Below, one piece after another: positions 1 to 9,930 of a DNA stretch of 64,000 nucleotides. The stretch comes from a virus. The notes below the pieces were generated by a model. It searched no databases. It saw only the letters and a list, made by a program, of their open reading frames with translations, and was not told the origin of the DNA. The position numbers and the translations under genes are program-made. The stretch lies in the IMG/VR virus record IMGVR_UViG_3300028299_000002, positions 21,970 through 85,969 of that record. One strand, 5' to 3'. How positions within the stretch are numbered: the first letter of the stretch is position 1; each line of letters opens with the position of its first letter.

Positions 1-168
1 TTCGAGTCCATCGCCAAACAGTATTCAGATAAACTTGGATATGAAGCAACCCCGGAAGGATTCGAATCATTTTTACGAGAATGTCGGGGGCAATATCAAA
101 CTCTACATAATATTAAGCGGCTACTATCTGGTAGTCAGAGTGATGAACAGTCAAGTGCTAACAATTAA
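1..168 (+). CDS. 3' end of an unknown protein (partial)
   Basis: Frame 1 is open from base 1 (FESIAKQYSDKLGYEATPEGFESFLRECRGQYQTLHNIKRLLSGSQSDEQSSANN) to TAA at 166-168; no recognisable motif. Confidence 0.4.
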   Translation, partial: FESIAKQYSDKLGYEATPEGFESFLRECRGQYQTLHNIKRLLSGSQSDEQSSANN

Positions 169-339
169 TGAGAAATATGCTTATATAATTGCACTGTTAT
201 ATGTTATAAATAACGTCACATAGTCGTTCAAAATTTGGTACGTCATAAGGATTTGAAAACCACTATCCATTATAATCATACAACACCATCATATTTAGTT
301 TCAGCAATCGATAAAACCACCGAATCCGCCATGGATATA

Positions 340-594
340 TTAACTGAAGCTCAAAAAAAAGAGGATGATAATAAAAAGGATAATAAAAAAGAAGATGAGT
401 AAATTTAAGTTTATCGGATTGATAATTTCTTTATGTGGGCATGGTGATGATGATGTACTCTCTACTCTCTTCTTCTCTTTTCTTTTCTTCTCTTCTCTTC
501 TTTGTGGATTATCCCCTTCAAAATCATCGTTATTTGGTTTTTCCAACTCTGGAAACTCAGTTTCCGGCTCTGTAAATTCAGTTTCCCGCACCAT
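340..594 (-). pseudogene. Possible remnant of a phage replication-initiator linker region
   Basis: ETEFPELEKP...DNPQRREEKKRKEKKRVES resembles charged linkers of phage replisome organisers; the frame is closed ~14 codons upstream. Confidence 0.2.
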
Positions 595-699
595 ATTGTG
601 TTTTTTAGATATTATCAGTTGAAACTGTAAATATATTCAAATTAGTTTTATTATACGCAGCAGCTACGAATCAATTTTAAAATATTGCGGACACTAAAT

Positions 700-785
700 T
701 CCTGACACATATTTCACTGAATTTCTTTGACATAAACCTGACACTGTATGACACAGTATGACACTATCTGACAAAATACTGTCAA
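700..785. repeat. Helically phased TGACA repeats, candidate integrase arm-type sites
   Basis: TGACA at 728, 739, 749, 759, 769 (10-11 bp spacing), another near 702, inverted copy at 780-784; beside the att core. Confidence 0.55.
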
Positions 786-802
786 AAAAGTGGTTTTTGA
801 AC

Positions 803-831
803 AAAAAAAGGGATGCTTTAAAACATCCCTT
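803..831 (-). terminator. Rho-independent terminator downstream of the tRNA 3' half
   Basis: AAGGGATG-N8-CATCCCTT hairpin with a U-tract on the minus strand. Confidence 0.7.
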
Positions 832-860
832 AACTATCTGTATATCAGTAACTTATATTG

Positions 861-908
861 TCGGAGCGAGAGGATTTGAACCTCCGACCCCCTGAACCCC
901 ATTCAGGT
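861..908 (-). tRNA. 3' half of tRNA-Pro(GGG); att core (not an intact tRNA)
   Basis: Minus strand ACCTGA-ATGGGGT-TCAGG-GGGTC-GGAGG-TTCAAAT-CCTCT-CGCTCCGA gives the anticodon arm, T-arm and acceptor 3' strand; D-arm and 5' strand absent; CAA instead of CCA. Confidence 0.85.
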
Positions 909-1209
909 TGCCCCCGTCGATAAATATACCGACTTTGACATTTATTAGACAAAACATGTCAACCGCCACCTGAATTATTTCACAATTTCAATTAATTTGC
1001 GGACATAGTTTAACCATAATTCATATATCTTGCTACAAATATTTAATTCCCGGATTGACTCGCGGCACTGGTTAATATGGTTGTAAAACCAGACAATCCA
1101 TAAAATTTAGCGGATTGATCATCGTATAATCCAAAATCACAATAAAATATATAGGTATCAGATACCGTAAACGGGAAACAAATTCCAAGCCGCCATAGTG
1201 GAATTATTC

Positions 1210-1482
1210 TCATTGTCCGTTGACCTTTTCAAATATCAATACTTTGACAGTACCGACAATTGTAATAGTTGAAGGCTTGACAGCATAGGGAACCTGTTTG
1301 AGCAGATAATCTTTACAATTCACCGCCGCCCCCTGTTTCCCGGTCAATGTGATATAATTTGCTCCATCCTGAGTAGTCCCTAATACGATCCCCACAACAT
1401 TCGGACTCATAGTATGACTACCGGCGGCGCTCTTTTCGTACCAAAAATCAGCACTGAATAATTGACTAAAATTCATCTTCAA
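1210..1482 (-). CDS. Hypothetical protein at the end of the tail module
   Basis: 90-aa ORF directly after the fibre gene, GGAG RBS. Confidence 0.6.
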   Translation of the reverse strand: MKMNFSQLFSADFWYEKSAAGSHTMSPNVVGIVLGTTQDGANYITLTGKQGAAVNCKDYLLKQVPYAVKPSTITIVGTVKVLIFEKVNGQ

Positions 1483-1488
1483 CTCCTA

Positions 1489-3087
1489 CTATAAAATTAA
1501 ATGACCATTAAAAACAGAATTATAGTTGCTTGTCAATATATAAATTGACGATCCTGTATTCTGAATAATTCTTGAATATACCGTATCTGCTACTGTTAGT
1601 GCAACATCTAAGCTAAAACCAGCCGTCCAATAGAACGCACTACCATTACCATAATATCTTCTTTGAACAACTGGCACTGCATTGACATATAGATAGATAT
1701 AAATATATTTATCTACTGCAAACGTAAACGTATCAAAAGTTAAATTCATATCAAAATGATAATGGCCTGTTCTTGGTACAGTAAATACACCGGTTGCAAT
1801 GTCGTAATTATTACCAATATCATAATTTTCTGCATTTAGAATAAATGTTGTCAATGTGGCATGAGGAATTTCAAAATTAGTTCCTGATCTATATGCAGAA
1901 TACTTATGTTGGGAAATTACATTTAACTTAGTTCCACTCCCTCCGGCAATTGTTGCTCCATCTCCAGTGCCAGTTATTATTTTATTTTCATCCACACTTT
2001 CGGCAGCCATCATCGCCAGGGCGACACCAAGATTTTTAATATTAACAATGGCTCCACTGCCACTACCCTCTAATGCACCACCAACAAAGGCCGTATTCTT
2101 TAATTTGTTATGATCAACGCTTTCGGCGGCCATCATAGCCAATACCACACCCAGATCACTGATTTTAGGTTTAACACCACTACCACCTTCTAATCCGGCC
2201 CCAAATGTTGTATTGATTATCTTATTCTCATCAACACTATTATTAGCCATTTTAGCTAGTGTAATAATGGTGTCCATTAATTCTACTGTCCGTAACCCCG
2301 ATATTGCAAATTGATTGCTGCTGCGTAAATCGGTTGCCGTCCACACGCCAAGCGCGTAATCACACTTCGCCAATACATATTCACCATCGGCCAATACCGG
2401 TGTGACGGTCGTTGTTCGGAATGTAAATGAATTATAGGAATAGAGGCTCTTGTCACCGCCCGGAGGATAACCCTCAAAATATGTACCCTTGACTGTAAAT
2501 CTCAACCCGGATTCATTTGCCACAAAATCTTCTACGGTATGTAAATGAGTATCATCGCCAACCGATTGTATGATATAATCACCATCATTGCCAAATGCGC
2601 TGCCGGACACGGTGATAGTCTGTCCTACCTTGACATATTTCGTGAACCATGTCTCTGTTCCCTGAACGCTATTAGACCCCGCAGTTACGGTGATATCTCC
2701 TATATCGATACTGTGGGTCAACTCCGATGTTGAAATAACAATCCATTGCTCGATGCCTGCCGTAAAATCCAATGGATTGTCACCGGTCAATCCGCCAGGA
2801 ACCAATCCCGGTACAGGGACCAATCGGTCTGTTGCCGTTCTGACACCATTTGTATTAATAACGATCTCATTATCACTATTGATAATATATCCCGGCGCAA
2901 CCCGCCAGTCACCGGCAGGATCAAGGTCGATTAAAAAACTCCTGTCGGAATCGGTTTTCATTACCACGCCCGGCACTGACATTCGCAAACCGATATATTC
3001 ACGGATTGTATCTTCAATTAATAATCTAAAAATCGACAGGCTATCAGCCGTCAATTTCAAACCATTACCAAGAATTACTTCATTCAT
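1489..3087 (-). CDS. Tail fibre / receptor-binding protein with C-terminal C1q-like domain
   Basis: Three AxMAxxSVDxNKI fibre repeats; C-terminal ..NYDIATGVFTVPRTGHYHFDMNL.. C1q signature; follows the baseplate genes. Confidence 0.75.
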   Translation of the reverse strand: MNEVILGNGLKLTADSLSIFRLLIEDTIREYIGLRMSVPGVVMKTDSDRSFLIDLDPAGDWRVAPGYIINSDNEIVINTNGVRTATDRLVPVPGLVPGGLTGDNPLDFTAGIEQWIVISTSELTHSIDIGDITVTAGSNSVQGTETWFTKYVKVGQTITVSGSAFGNDGDYIIQSVGDDTHLHTVEDFVANESGLRFTVKGTYFEGYPPGGDKSLYSYNSFTFRTTTVTPVLADGEYVLAKCDYALGVWTATDLRSSNQFAISGLRTVELMDTIITLAKMANNSVDENKIINTTFGAGLEGGSGVKPKISDLGVVLAMMAAESVDHNKLKNTAFVGGALEGSGSGAIVNIKNLGVALAMMAAESVDENKIITGTGDGATIAGGSGTKLNVISQHKYSAYRSGTNFEIPHATLTTFILNAENYDIGNNYDIATGVFTVPRTGHYHFDMNLTFDTFTFAVDKYIYIYLYVNAVPVVQRRYYGNGSAFYWTAGFSLDVALTVADTVYSRIIQNTGSSIYILTSNYNSVFNGHLIL

Positions 3088-3109
3088 ACTATTACCTATT
3101 AGTTATTTA

Positions 3110-3562
3110 TTAATCGTCCGCTTCGGCCAATCGCCATCCTTTTATTATAAATGTAATCGTACCGGCGGTTATTACTCCCACGTCACCATCCGTATGCTCA
3201 ATATTCAGCGTTTCACCCCCACTGTCAGTTAATTTTAATGGTGGTTTAGGTTTGAGTTTTCCGACGATTACGGTTGCATCGATATATAGATCATTCAGCA
3301 ATGCCATCAATTCTTCGATTGTATGTACTTCAAATGCCGTTGTACCATCCGATTCGTTTAAACCAGTAAATACGATGTTTTTACCGGCTGGCATCGTAAA
3401 TCCCAGGCTACATTGAATCCCGATTTCCTCAATAAATATTTCCTCATTGGCTTCCGGTGCAATCAGGATATGTGGTGTAGCGCCCGTAGCCCAGCTTTCA
3501 GTCATTATAAATGCCGTTCCCCGTGGCATATTTACACGATAGAAATAACTTGTGTTTGGCAT
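3110..3562 (-). CDS. Hypothetical tail-associated protein
   Basis: 150-aa beta-rich ORF between baseplate and fibre genes. Confidence 0.6.
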   Translation of the reverse strand: MPNTSYFYRVNMPRGTAFIMTESWATGATPHILIAPEANEEIFIEEIGIQCSLGFTMPAGKNIVFTGLNESDGTTAFEVHTIEELMALLNDLYIDATVIVGKLKPKPPLKLTDSGGETLNIEHTDGDVGVITAGTITFIIKGWRLAEADD

Positions 3563-3577
3563 AATAAAGCTCCTTTT

Positions 3578-4279
3578 TTAAATCCAGTTCATGTTTTGTT
3601 CTAGCATTAAATAATTAAATGTGTCTTCGACTACATCAAGTAGAACGTCAAGATGTATCGGTAAACTATTTTTTCTAATGATTTCTTTAATTTCAGATTC
3701 CGTAAGCATCGTATTGTCAATTGCAAAGCGTATCGCAATACCCAGGGTAATTAAATAGCCGAAACAGGCATCTGTAAAATCCAATGGCGAATCCACCGAC
3801 TCCGCATAAAAACCAGTGAACCCTGTCATTCCGTAATAAAATTCCTCTTTGTCATCAAAAGACGCAAAATCAAAATATGTTGCCAGAATATCATCGCTCC
3901 AAAATGGATAAGTAATATCAACGTACCATTCTAATACCGGAGGAGTTGTATATATGTTTGCTCCGCTATTGCATAGTAAATCAATATCATCCAATATCCC
4001 ATATTCCGATCCTCTTAGTGAATGATAATCATAGCGGTGTCTCAATATATTTTGTAAATTCTCGACCGTACATACCGGCGATGCTAATAAATTCCACTCT
4101 GAAAGGATCTGTCGTAATTTCTTTTTCGGCTGGTTGACCTCACTGGCTGATTGAATTTCAGTATTTAACTCGTCTATTTTATCAGCTATCACAGTTAATA
4201 TACTCTGCAATACTGCGCTGGTATTGTCTATAAATCCCTGCAGTCGTTTTATCAGATTGTCGTATGTGCTTATTGCCAT
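3578..4279 (-). CDS. Baseplate wedge protein (gpI/gp48-like)
   Basis: Follows baseplate J; LRHRYDYHSLRGSEYGI motif; ends ...LPIH. Confidence 0.6.
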   Translation of the reverse strand: MAISTYDNLIKRLQGFIDNTSAVLQSILTVIADKIDELNTEIQSASEVNQPKKKLRQILSEWNLLASPVCTVENLQNILRHRYDYHSLRGSEYGILDDIDLLCNSGANIYTTPPVLEWYVDITYPFWSDDILATYFDFASFDDKEEFYYGMTGFTGFYAESVDSPLDFTDACFGYLITLGIAIRFAIDNTMLTESEIKEIIRKNSLPIHLDVLLDVVEDTFNYLMLEQNMNWI

Positions 4280-4285
4280 ATTATC

Positions 4286-5419
4286 TCACAATGATGGATG
4301 TAAATCCAGATTTATAGATATAGAACTATTATCCATGTGGACCAGGGTAATATTTTCCAACAATGGAATTGAGTTATAGGCCACTTCAATATCAGCAGAC
4401 GGTGTGAAATTCGGAACGTCCACATCATCAATTAATTCATCATTCAAAAATATTTGGAGTATATCATCGCTATCAACATCCGTTCCCAGTACCCATGTTC
4501 TAAAATCCAGATATTCCATGATTGAATCAGCAACGGAAATGAATACATCATTTAGAGTATTACCAGCCACCGGCCTCACAATTGCATATATATCAACTAT
4601 CGTCGTCGGTAAATCAAGCATAGTGATTTGTGGTAGAATTATCCAATTATCATTCAAATACTTTTTAACGTATGCTTTTTGCGCTGTCGATAGATACGTG
4701 CAACTTCTGGTAATCGTATAGATATTGATAATATTTTCACCAATTGCTTTTTCAACAAAAACCCGGTTTATATCCGAAATGGCCTCCTTACATGCTTCAC
4801 GAACAAAAGCCTCAGTAGATTTATTAAGAATGCTAATCTGGTTTTTGATCCGGTATCGATATTCTTCATCACTTTCAATGTCTGTACCGTAATAAGCCGG
4901 TAATGGATTGGAAACGCTATCAACCCCAACAATCGCAACAACCAATTTATTGACCGTATTTTCAGCCACATTGGTAGCGGCTCCGGTTGCCGTACAATTA
5001 GCAAGTACCGATGCTCCCAATGCCTCACTTCCAAATGTATAACCACCATCCGTATTGATTGTTATTTCGTTCTGTGTTTCAAATACATAGCCATGATCAC
5101 CGGTTATTTGTGTTTTTTCCGGTATAACTGTCGTATTTATACCCTGAAAGACCAATAATACCTGAGAAGCCGATGTACTTAACCGCGCAATTCCTCTATT
5201 TAACCCGTATATATCCAAATCATCATCAGACGATGTACTAAGAAACAGGTTTTTTATTTTCTGGCCGTAATCATACCACAATTCGGCCAATCTACGGGCA
5301 ATAGAAATAAACAATGCTCTGATCACACTGCCCGATCCAAAATAGGTTACTGTATCCTGGGCAACGGTAAAATCCTGTATTAACTCTTTTTCAATATCTT
5401 TTTCGGTTTTGATTGACAT
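4286..5419 (-). CDS. Baseplate J-like protein
   Basis: GSVIRALF, LDIYGLNRGIAR, GTDIESDEEYRYRI motifs. Confidence 0.9.
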   Translation of the reverse strand: MSIKTEKDIEKELIQDFTVAQDTVTYFGSGSVIRALFISIARRLAELWYDYGQKIKNLFLSTSSDDDLDIYGLNRGIARLSTSASQVLLVFQGINTTVIPEKTQITGDHGYVFETQNEITINTDGGYTFGSEALGASVLANCTATGAATNVAENTVNKLVVAIVGVDSVSNPLPAYYGTDIESDEEYRYRIKNQISILNKSTEAFVREACKEAISDINRVFVEKAIGENIINIYTITRSCTYLSTAQKAYVKKYLNDNWIILPQITMLDLPTTIVDIYAIVRPVAGNTLNDVFISVADSIMEYLDFRTWVLGTDVDSDDILQIFLNDELIDDVDVPNFTPSADIEVAYNSIPLLENITLVHMDNSSISINLDLHPSL

Positions 5420-5428
5420 CTTTTGCCC

Positions 5429-5680
5429 CTATACTTCAATTATTTCGTTTGAATTGACCGCCCGGATTTCCGAAGATACACTATAAGATTCATCGTCTTC
5501 GGTAATTTCAATATTTATGATCTCTGAAATACGCTGATCATTTGAATAGGCCGCCGATAATCTTGCTTTGATTACCGATGGAATAATCTCCGGCTCATAA
5601 CCTCCGGTCATAATTTCCTCTAATATAGGAAGTGTGTAATTTTGAATACTCTGTTTTAATGTATCGGTATATTCACTCAT
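5429..5680 (-). CDS. gp25/gpW-like baseplate wedge subunit (C-terminal part)
   Basis: DQRISEIINIEI motif; immediately upstream of J. Confidence 0.6.
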   Translation of the reverse strand: MSEYTDTLKQSIQNYTLPILEEIMTGGYEPEIIPSVIKARLSAAYSNDQRISEIINIEITEDDESYSVSSEIRAVNSNEIIEV

Positions 5681-6273
5681 GGTTTCCCAACGACTTTTAT
5701 ATCACCATTATAGCTTGCAACTAATTTATTCTCCAAATCTAATCCCATGGCCATCTCACCATCCTGACTACCCATTACAGACAAGTTGACATTTGAAATA
5801 TCATACATTCTGGATATCGGAATATTGATCACCAGTCCGCCAACTACCTCATCACTTTTCAAGTCATTGACTCTTAATATTTCCATCCAATCGGTATCAA
5901 AATATTCTGCAATGGTTTGTATATCCTCATATTCTTTAACCGTATAAGGTGCCGTTACCTGTAAATAATAATCCTCACCATTTCCAACCGCTTCAAGATA
6001 TTCCAACCATCGTTGACGTGTCAGCCGGGCAAACTTCGGAGCATTTTTAAGCATTTTAAGGTTTGCAAGTATGGTCAATGTCCCGTTTATTTCATCATCA
6101 TAATCCGTTACGGATGTAAACTGATCAATATCGACCTCTGTTTGTGTTGATTTCTTATATAAATAATCGTTATACAATTGTTCAAATAATCCGATGAGTT
6201 CATTTAATAATCCGAAATAGTCTTCCATATTAGGCCCTGAATATTGTTTTGAATTTTTCCCAAACCGGATCAA
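5677..6273 (-). CDS. LysM-containing baseplate protein
   Basis: YTVKEYEDIQTIAEYFDTDWMEILRVNDL...GLVINIP LysM-like segment. Confidence 0.7.
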   Translation of the reverse strand: MIRFGKNSKQYSGPNMEDYFGLLNELIGLFEQLYNDYLYKKSTQTEVDIDQFTSVTDYDDEINGTLTILANLKMLKNAPKFARLTRQRWLEYLEAVGNGEDYYLQVTAPYTVKEYEDIQTIAEYFDTDWMEILRVNDLKSDEVVGGLVINIPISRMYDISNVNLSVMGSQDGEMAMGLDLENKLVASYNGDIKVVGKP

Positions 6274-6961
6274 TCTGGGTTTTGAATCTTTCTTGAATCG
6301 CCATAGTGCCCATTATCTGATCTATAGCCAATGCCGCATTTCTTATATCCAATGTTTTCTGCAATATATCATCAACAACACCGCCCAACGGTTTTCCTAT
6401 GGCTTGCATCCGTAAATCATAACGTGGTAAATTGGACTGAGAACGTGCCGATTCACTGATATCAAAGCTTGTCGGATCAATCAACCAGACTTCGCTATTA
6501 ATGAAATCGTACATAGTCAATACGTATACTTCAGTATCAGATAATTTATACTTACCCAATAAGGCATTTTTAATTTTGTAATTGAATTCATTGGTGTAAG
6601 GAATCTTTTTAGTTTCGACTTTATGATATTGTTTAATGATCAGTTCTTTGAATAATTGTAACCTGGTAAGACCATCAAAATACATCAGCCCCCGGCGTTC
6701 TTTTCCGAATGTCCCGGACATCTTTATTTTGGGTAATCCCATCGGGAATTTATCTAAAAACCCACCTTCCATTGTCTGTGTAAATTTATTTCTTGATGGA
6801 TAGGTATAATTGATTTCGGTCGGTAAAGTATATAGCAATGTCGCATACAGAAATGTATTTTCACCCTTTTCATTATCATATTTTGAAAATTCAAAAAAGA
6901 TAATATTCGATAAGTCCCGGAGAACCGTTGCTATATTTCCCAATACCGAAGTATAACTCAT
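6230..6961 (-). CDS. Tail tube initiator / baseplate protein
   Basis: PTEINYTYPSR..TQTMEGGFLD..PKIKMSGTFG pattern; baseplate context. Confidence 0.6.
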   Translation of the reverse strand: MSYTSVLGNIATVLRDLSNIIFFEFSKYDNEKGENTFLYATLLYTLPTEINYTYPSRNKFTQTMEGGFLDKFPMGLPKIKMSGTFGKERRGLMYFDGLTRLQLFKELIIKQYHKVETKKIPYTNEFNYKIKNALLGKYKLSDTEVYVLTMYDFINSEVWLIDPTSFDISESARSQSNLPRYDLRMQAIGKPLGGVVDDILQKTLDIRNAALAIDQIMGTMAIQERFKTQIDPVWEKFKTIFRA

Positions 6962-7284
6962 TGAATCAATCCTGTTCCATCATTGTTTTGTGTCGCATTA
7001 TCGGCCAATCCACCGGCAGTTATCGCTTTCCAAGCCAACTGCAATACAGCCCCACCGTCCATTGGTACAGGTACACCGGCACCGAAGATGTCCGCCAAAC
7101 TCATATCCAAAGTAACTTTCAACCCATTTATTTCCATATTATTTACTAAATGTGCCACGATTGCCGTACCTATCTTTTCCCATGTAGTTTTAACCGCATC
7201 CTTTGTGGCCGCATCGGGCAATGTGCTATCCAGACCCAAAGCAGCGTATATTTCATCTCCCAAACCATTTCCATTTAAAGCCAT
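6958..7284 (-). CDS. Small baseplate/spike-tip-associated protein
   Basis: Likely start MALNGNGLGDEI at 7284, just after the spike gene stop. Confidence 0.55.
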   Translation of the reverse strand: MALNGNGLGDEIYAALGLDSTLPDAATKDAVKTTWEKIGTAIVAHLVNNMEINGLKVTLDMSLADIFGAGVPVPMDGGAVLQLAWKAITAGGLADNATQNNDGTGLIQ

Positions 7285-7286
7285 AT

Positions 7287-8291
7287 TTATGCCTTTACAT
7301 CTGCTGACGTTGAATGTGGAGCTCCGGTAAATAAGCAAGCCGGAAAGTTATTGATTGCTATGGCCGCCGCTTTCCCCAGATTCAGCATCGTTTTTGGTAA
7401 ACAACTCAATGTTGCACCCTTGAATTCGATGATATTACCGTCCTTATCCTCTAATTTTATCCCATCGGCACTGTTCGTATAAGTATTGCCGTTTACGTCG
7501 GTGAATACAGTACCATCTTTGGTACTATTGTATTTATTTCCGTGTTTATCTTCAATCGATATGGATTCCTCACCATCAGTATTATCGATAACTATTTTAT
7601 TCCCGTTCGCCACTCCCTCATCGTCGGTATTGATCAGACTAAGTTTGCCATTGAAATTAACATTTATATTACCGTTTGTCTGGCCGTCATTTCCCTTTAG
7701 GTTTAATGTAATATTCCCGGTACCGGTCATTTCGGCTATTTCGGCAATATCTAGGACAATCTCTCCATCCTTGCCGATTGTCAATTTACATGATCCTCGT
7801 TCTTCCTGTGGATCACGTTCATTTTCTATATCTTCATAGGTGGTGATGGTTTTCTCGAAATTACCGGATTTGTCTTCAGTCAGTTCTATTTTACGCTTAA
7901 TGTTTTCTTTGATCAGATGCCTTGCTTCCTGCATATCCAGAAAACCGGCGAATTCTGACCGGTATTTATCACCGAATAGATTCAACTGTGATATTGATCC
8001 GAATATTACAGGAAAGTTTACCCTGCCGCCTATAAAACCAAATAATACAATATCACCCTCTTTGGGTTCTGTTTTCCCGGTTGTTTCTTTAATTGTTTCG
8101 GTACTATCCTCCCAGATACGCGGATATTCAACATCACCTTCCTGGCCATTGAAATATTTATTTATAAATGACAGTGATTTTACGGGATAAACATTTTGCG
8201 ATTCGTCGATCATATAGACATTATTATTGTTTTTAAATATTCTGCCGATATGCAGACTGAATGTATTAACGCCCTGTTTATTTTTTACCAT
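7287..8291 (-). CDS. Baseplate central spike (gp45/gpV/gp5-like)
   Basis: PKEGDIVLFGFIGG..PVIFG OB-fold motif followed by beta-helix repeats (DKHGN, DVNGN, DKDGN). Confidence 0.8.
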   Translation of the reverse strand: MVKNKQGVNTFSLHIGRIFKNNNNVYMIDESQNVYPVKSLSFINKYFNGQEGDVEYPRIWEDSTETIKETTGKTEPKEGDIVLFGFIGGRVNFPVIFGSISQLNLFGDKYRSEFAGFLDMQEARHLIKENIKRKIELTEDKSGNFEKTITTYEDIENERDPQEERGSCKLTIGKDGEIVLDIAEIAEMTGTGNITLNLKGNDGQTNGNINVNFNGKLSLINTDDEGVANGNKIVIDNTDGEESISIEDKHGNKYNSTKDGTVFTDVNGNTYTNSADGIKLEDKDGNIIEFKGATLSCLPKTMLNLGKAAAIAINNFPACLFTGAPHSTSADVKA

Positions 8292-9922
8292 TCTTCAAAC
8301 TGACTCATTTTTTTGTATAAATTCTCTACGTTATTCGATATATATTCCAGCGTCCGTTTTCTCTCATCGATATATTCTGCCAGTATTTTCTTGTTCAATC
8401 CCCGGTCTAAAGTAAGAGTAGTTATATAAGCCGATCCGATTTCCCACCGGTTTTTTACACCCGTAACATAGAATTCGTATCCGTCGCCAACCGTTATGTC
8501 TTCAATAGTGTATGATTTCTCTTTAGATATATACTCACGTTTATACCAGGGTAGATAAATTTTATCACCAATATGAATGTCCTCACGTCCCCGGATTACA
8601 ATAGTCCCTTCTTCAAATATCGGGCAATAGATATTCCAGTTTTTCAGGCGATCACGACATTCGATAAATAGTTGGTCGATAATATCAACATGCCCGGCGT
8701 ATGTTACATGAACATCAGATTCAATTTTTTTAAATCCGTACCTGAGCATATTATAAAGATCAACCGCCGACCGGTTTAGAGTAAAGCCGTATAATTCGTT
8801 AAAATCGTTTAAGGCTCCCGGCGTGATCCTGAAAACACTATAAGCCCGGTTTTTACTCCGATGTAAATTTAATTCGATTATTTCTGTTTTTTCAATAACA
8901 TGGTAATCTTTATCACTAACAAAGGTTTTTAGATTATCCCAACAAAAAGGATCGTCATTCGCAATTATCTGTTGATTAACGGAATCGCCAACCCGGTCAA
9001 ATGGTTTAGGCCGCACCCGCAAATAACTCACACCGTCCTTTGTATCTACCATCAATTCATTGAAATCAGCATCCAATACCTGGCGGATGAAATTCAGTAA
9101 ATTACCCTGATAGCTGCTTAAAGCGGCTGTCTGCATACAGACATATTCAGGACGTTGTACCACATAATCCTGGTAATTGATCAGGTTGTGGACCAGTGTT
9201 TTTTCAGTTTCACCCTTCGGAGCAATATAAACAAGATTCCGAATAGATGTTGTATTGTCCATGATGAATTTTATCGCATCGATAACCGGAGCGTCCATGA
9301 AAGAGAATACCGGCGCAGCTGTAGAAAATACCGGCCCGATTCCTACCAAACATTCCGGTGTAAAACAAGGGTGCCTGCCCCTCAGTTTTTCGGCAATATC
9401 TTTTTCTATTCCGTTATATGCCGGAGATATGAAATAATTTTTACCTATTTTTGATGTTTCACCTTCAAGTCCGGCAGGGACACCGTTTTCTTTTGGTTGC
9501 AGAAAGATTTCACGAATATTGATCAGATCGTCGTCTAATAATAATGACCCAAAATCACGACCGGAGATAGAAACTGTCCGGGATGGGTTTTCATCAGAAT
9601 ATTTATTGGACTTTTGGGGGACATCTACTATTCCTAAGAATTGTGAACCTTTATCCTTGCCCTTTTCGTCTTTATTGCCAGCCGTATCAAATGTGATCCC
9701 GATTACGTCCTGTGGATCGAACCGATCATAAAACCAATCACTATTTTTACCAAACATCCCCTCATTGGGTCTTAATTGGATAGTAAATGTTCCGGCAATG
9801 TCATTGACGCTTTTGTTTGTTTCGACAGATAACAATGAGTTGGTAATATCCTTACCAACAAAGAAATCATTCCACATCTGAATTCGTGGTCTAATGGATC
9901 TGATTTTATATTGTTCTACCAT
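8285..9922 (-). CDS. Baseplate hub protein (gp44/gp27-like)
   Basis: SVETNKSVNDIAGTFTI, ISGRDFG, FYVTGVKNRW..YITTLTLDRG motifs; follows TMP. Confidence 0.75.
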   Translation of the reverse strand: MVEQYKIRSIRPRIQMWNDFFVGKDITNSLLSVETNKSVNDIAGTFTIQLRPNEGMFGKNSDWFYDRFDPQDVIGITFDTAGNKDEKGKDKGSQFLGIVDVPQKSNKYSDENPSRTVSISGRDFGSLLLDDDLINIREIFLQPKENGVPAGLEGETSKIGKNYFISPAYNGIEKDIAEKLRGRHPCFTPECLVGIGPVFSTAAPVFSFMDAPVIDAIKFIMDNTTSIRNLVYIAPKGETEKTLVHNLINYQDYVVQRPEYVCMQTAALSSYQGNLLNFIRQVLDADFNELMVDTKDGVSYLRVRPKPFDRVGDSVNQQIIANDDPFCWDNLKTFVSDKDYHVIEKTEIIELNLHRSKNRAYSVFRITPGALNDFNELYGFTLNRSAVDLYNMLRYGFKKIESDVHVTYAGHVDIIDQLFIECRDRLKNWNIYCPIFEEGTIVIRGREDIHIGDKIYLPWYKREYISKEKSYTIEDITVGDGYEFYVTGVKNRWEIGSAYITTLTLDRGLNKKILAEYIDERKRTLEYISNNVENLYKKMSQFEEW

Positions 9923-9930
9923 AAATTATC

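Noticed and set aside
861-935. Intact tRNA-Pro gene
   Set aside because: D-arm and 5' acceptor strand are absent upstream of the anticodon stem; only the 3' half is present.
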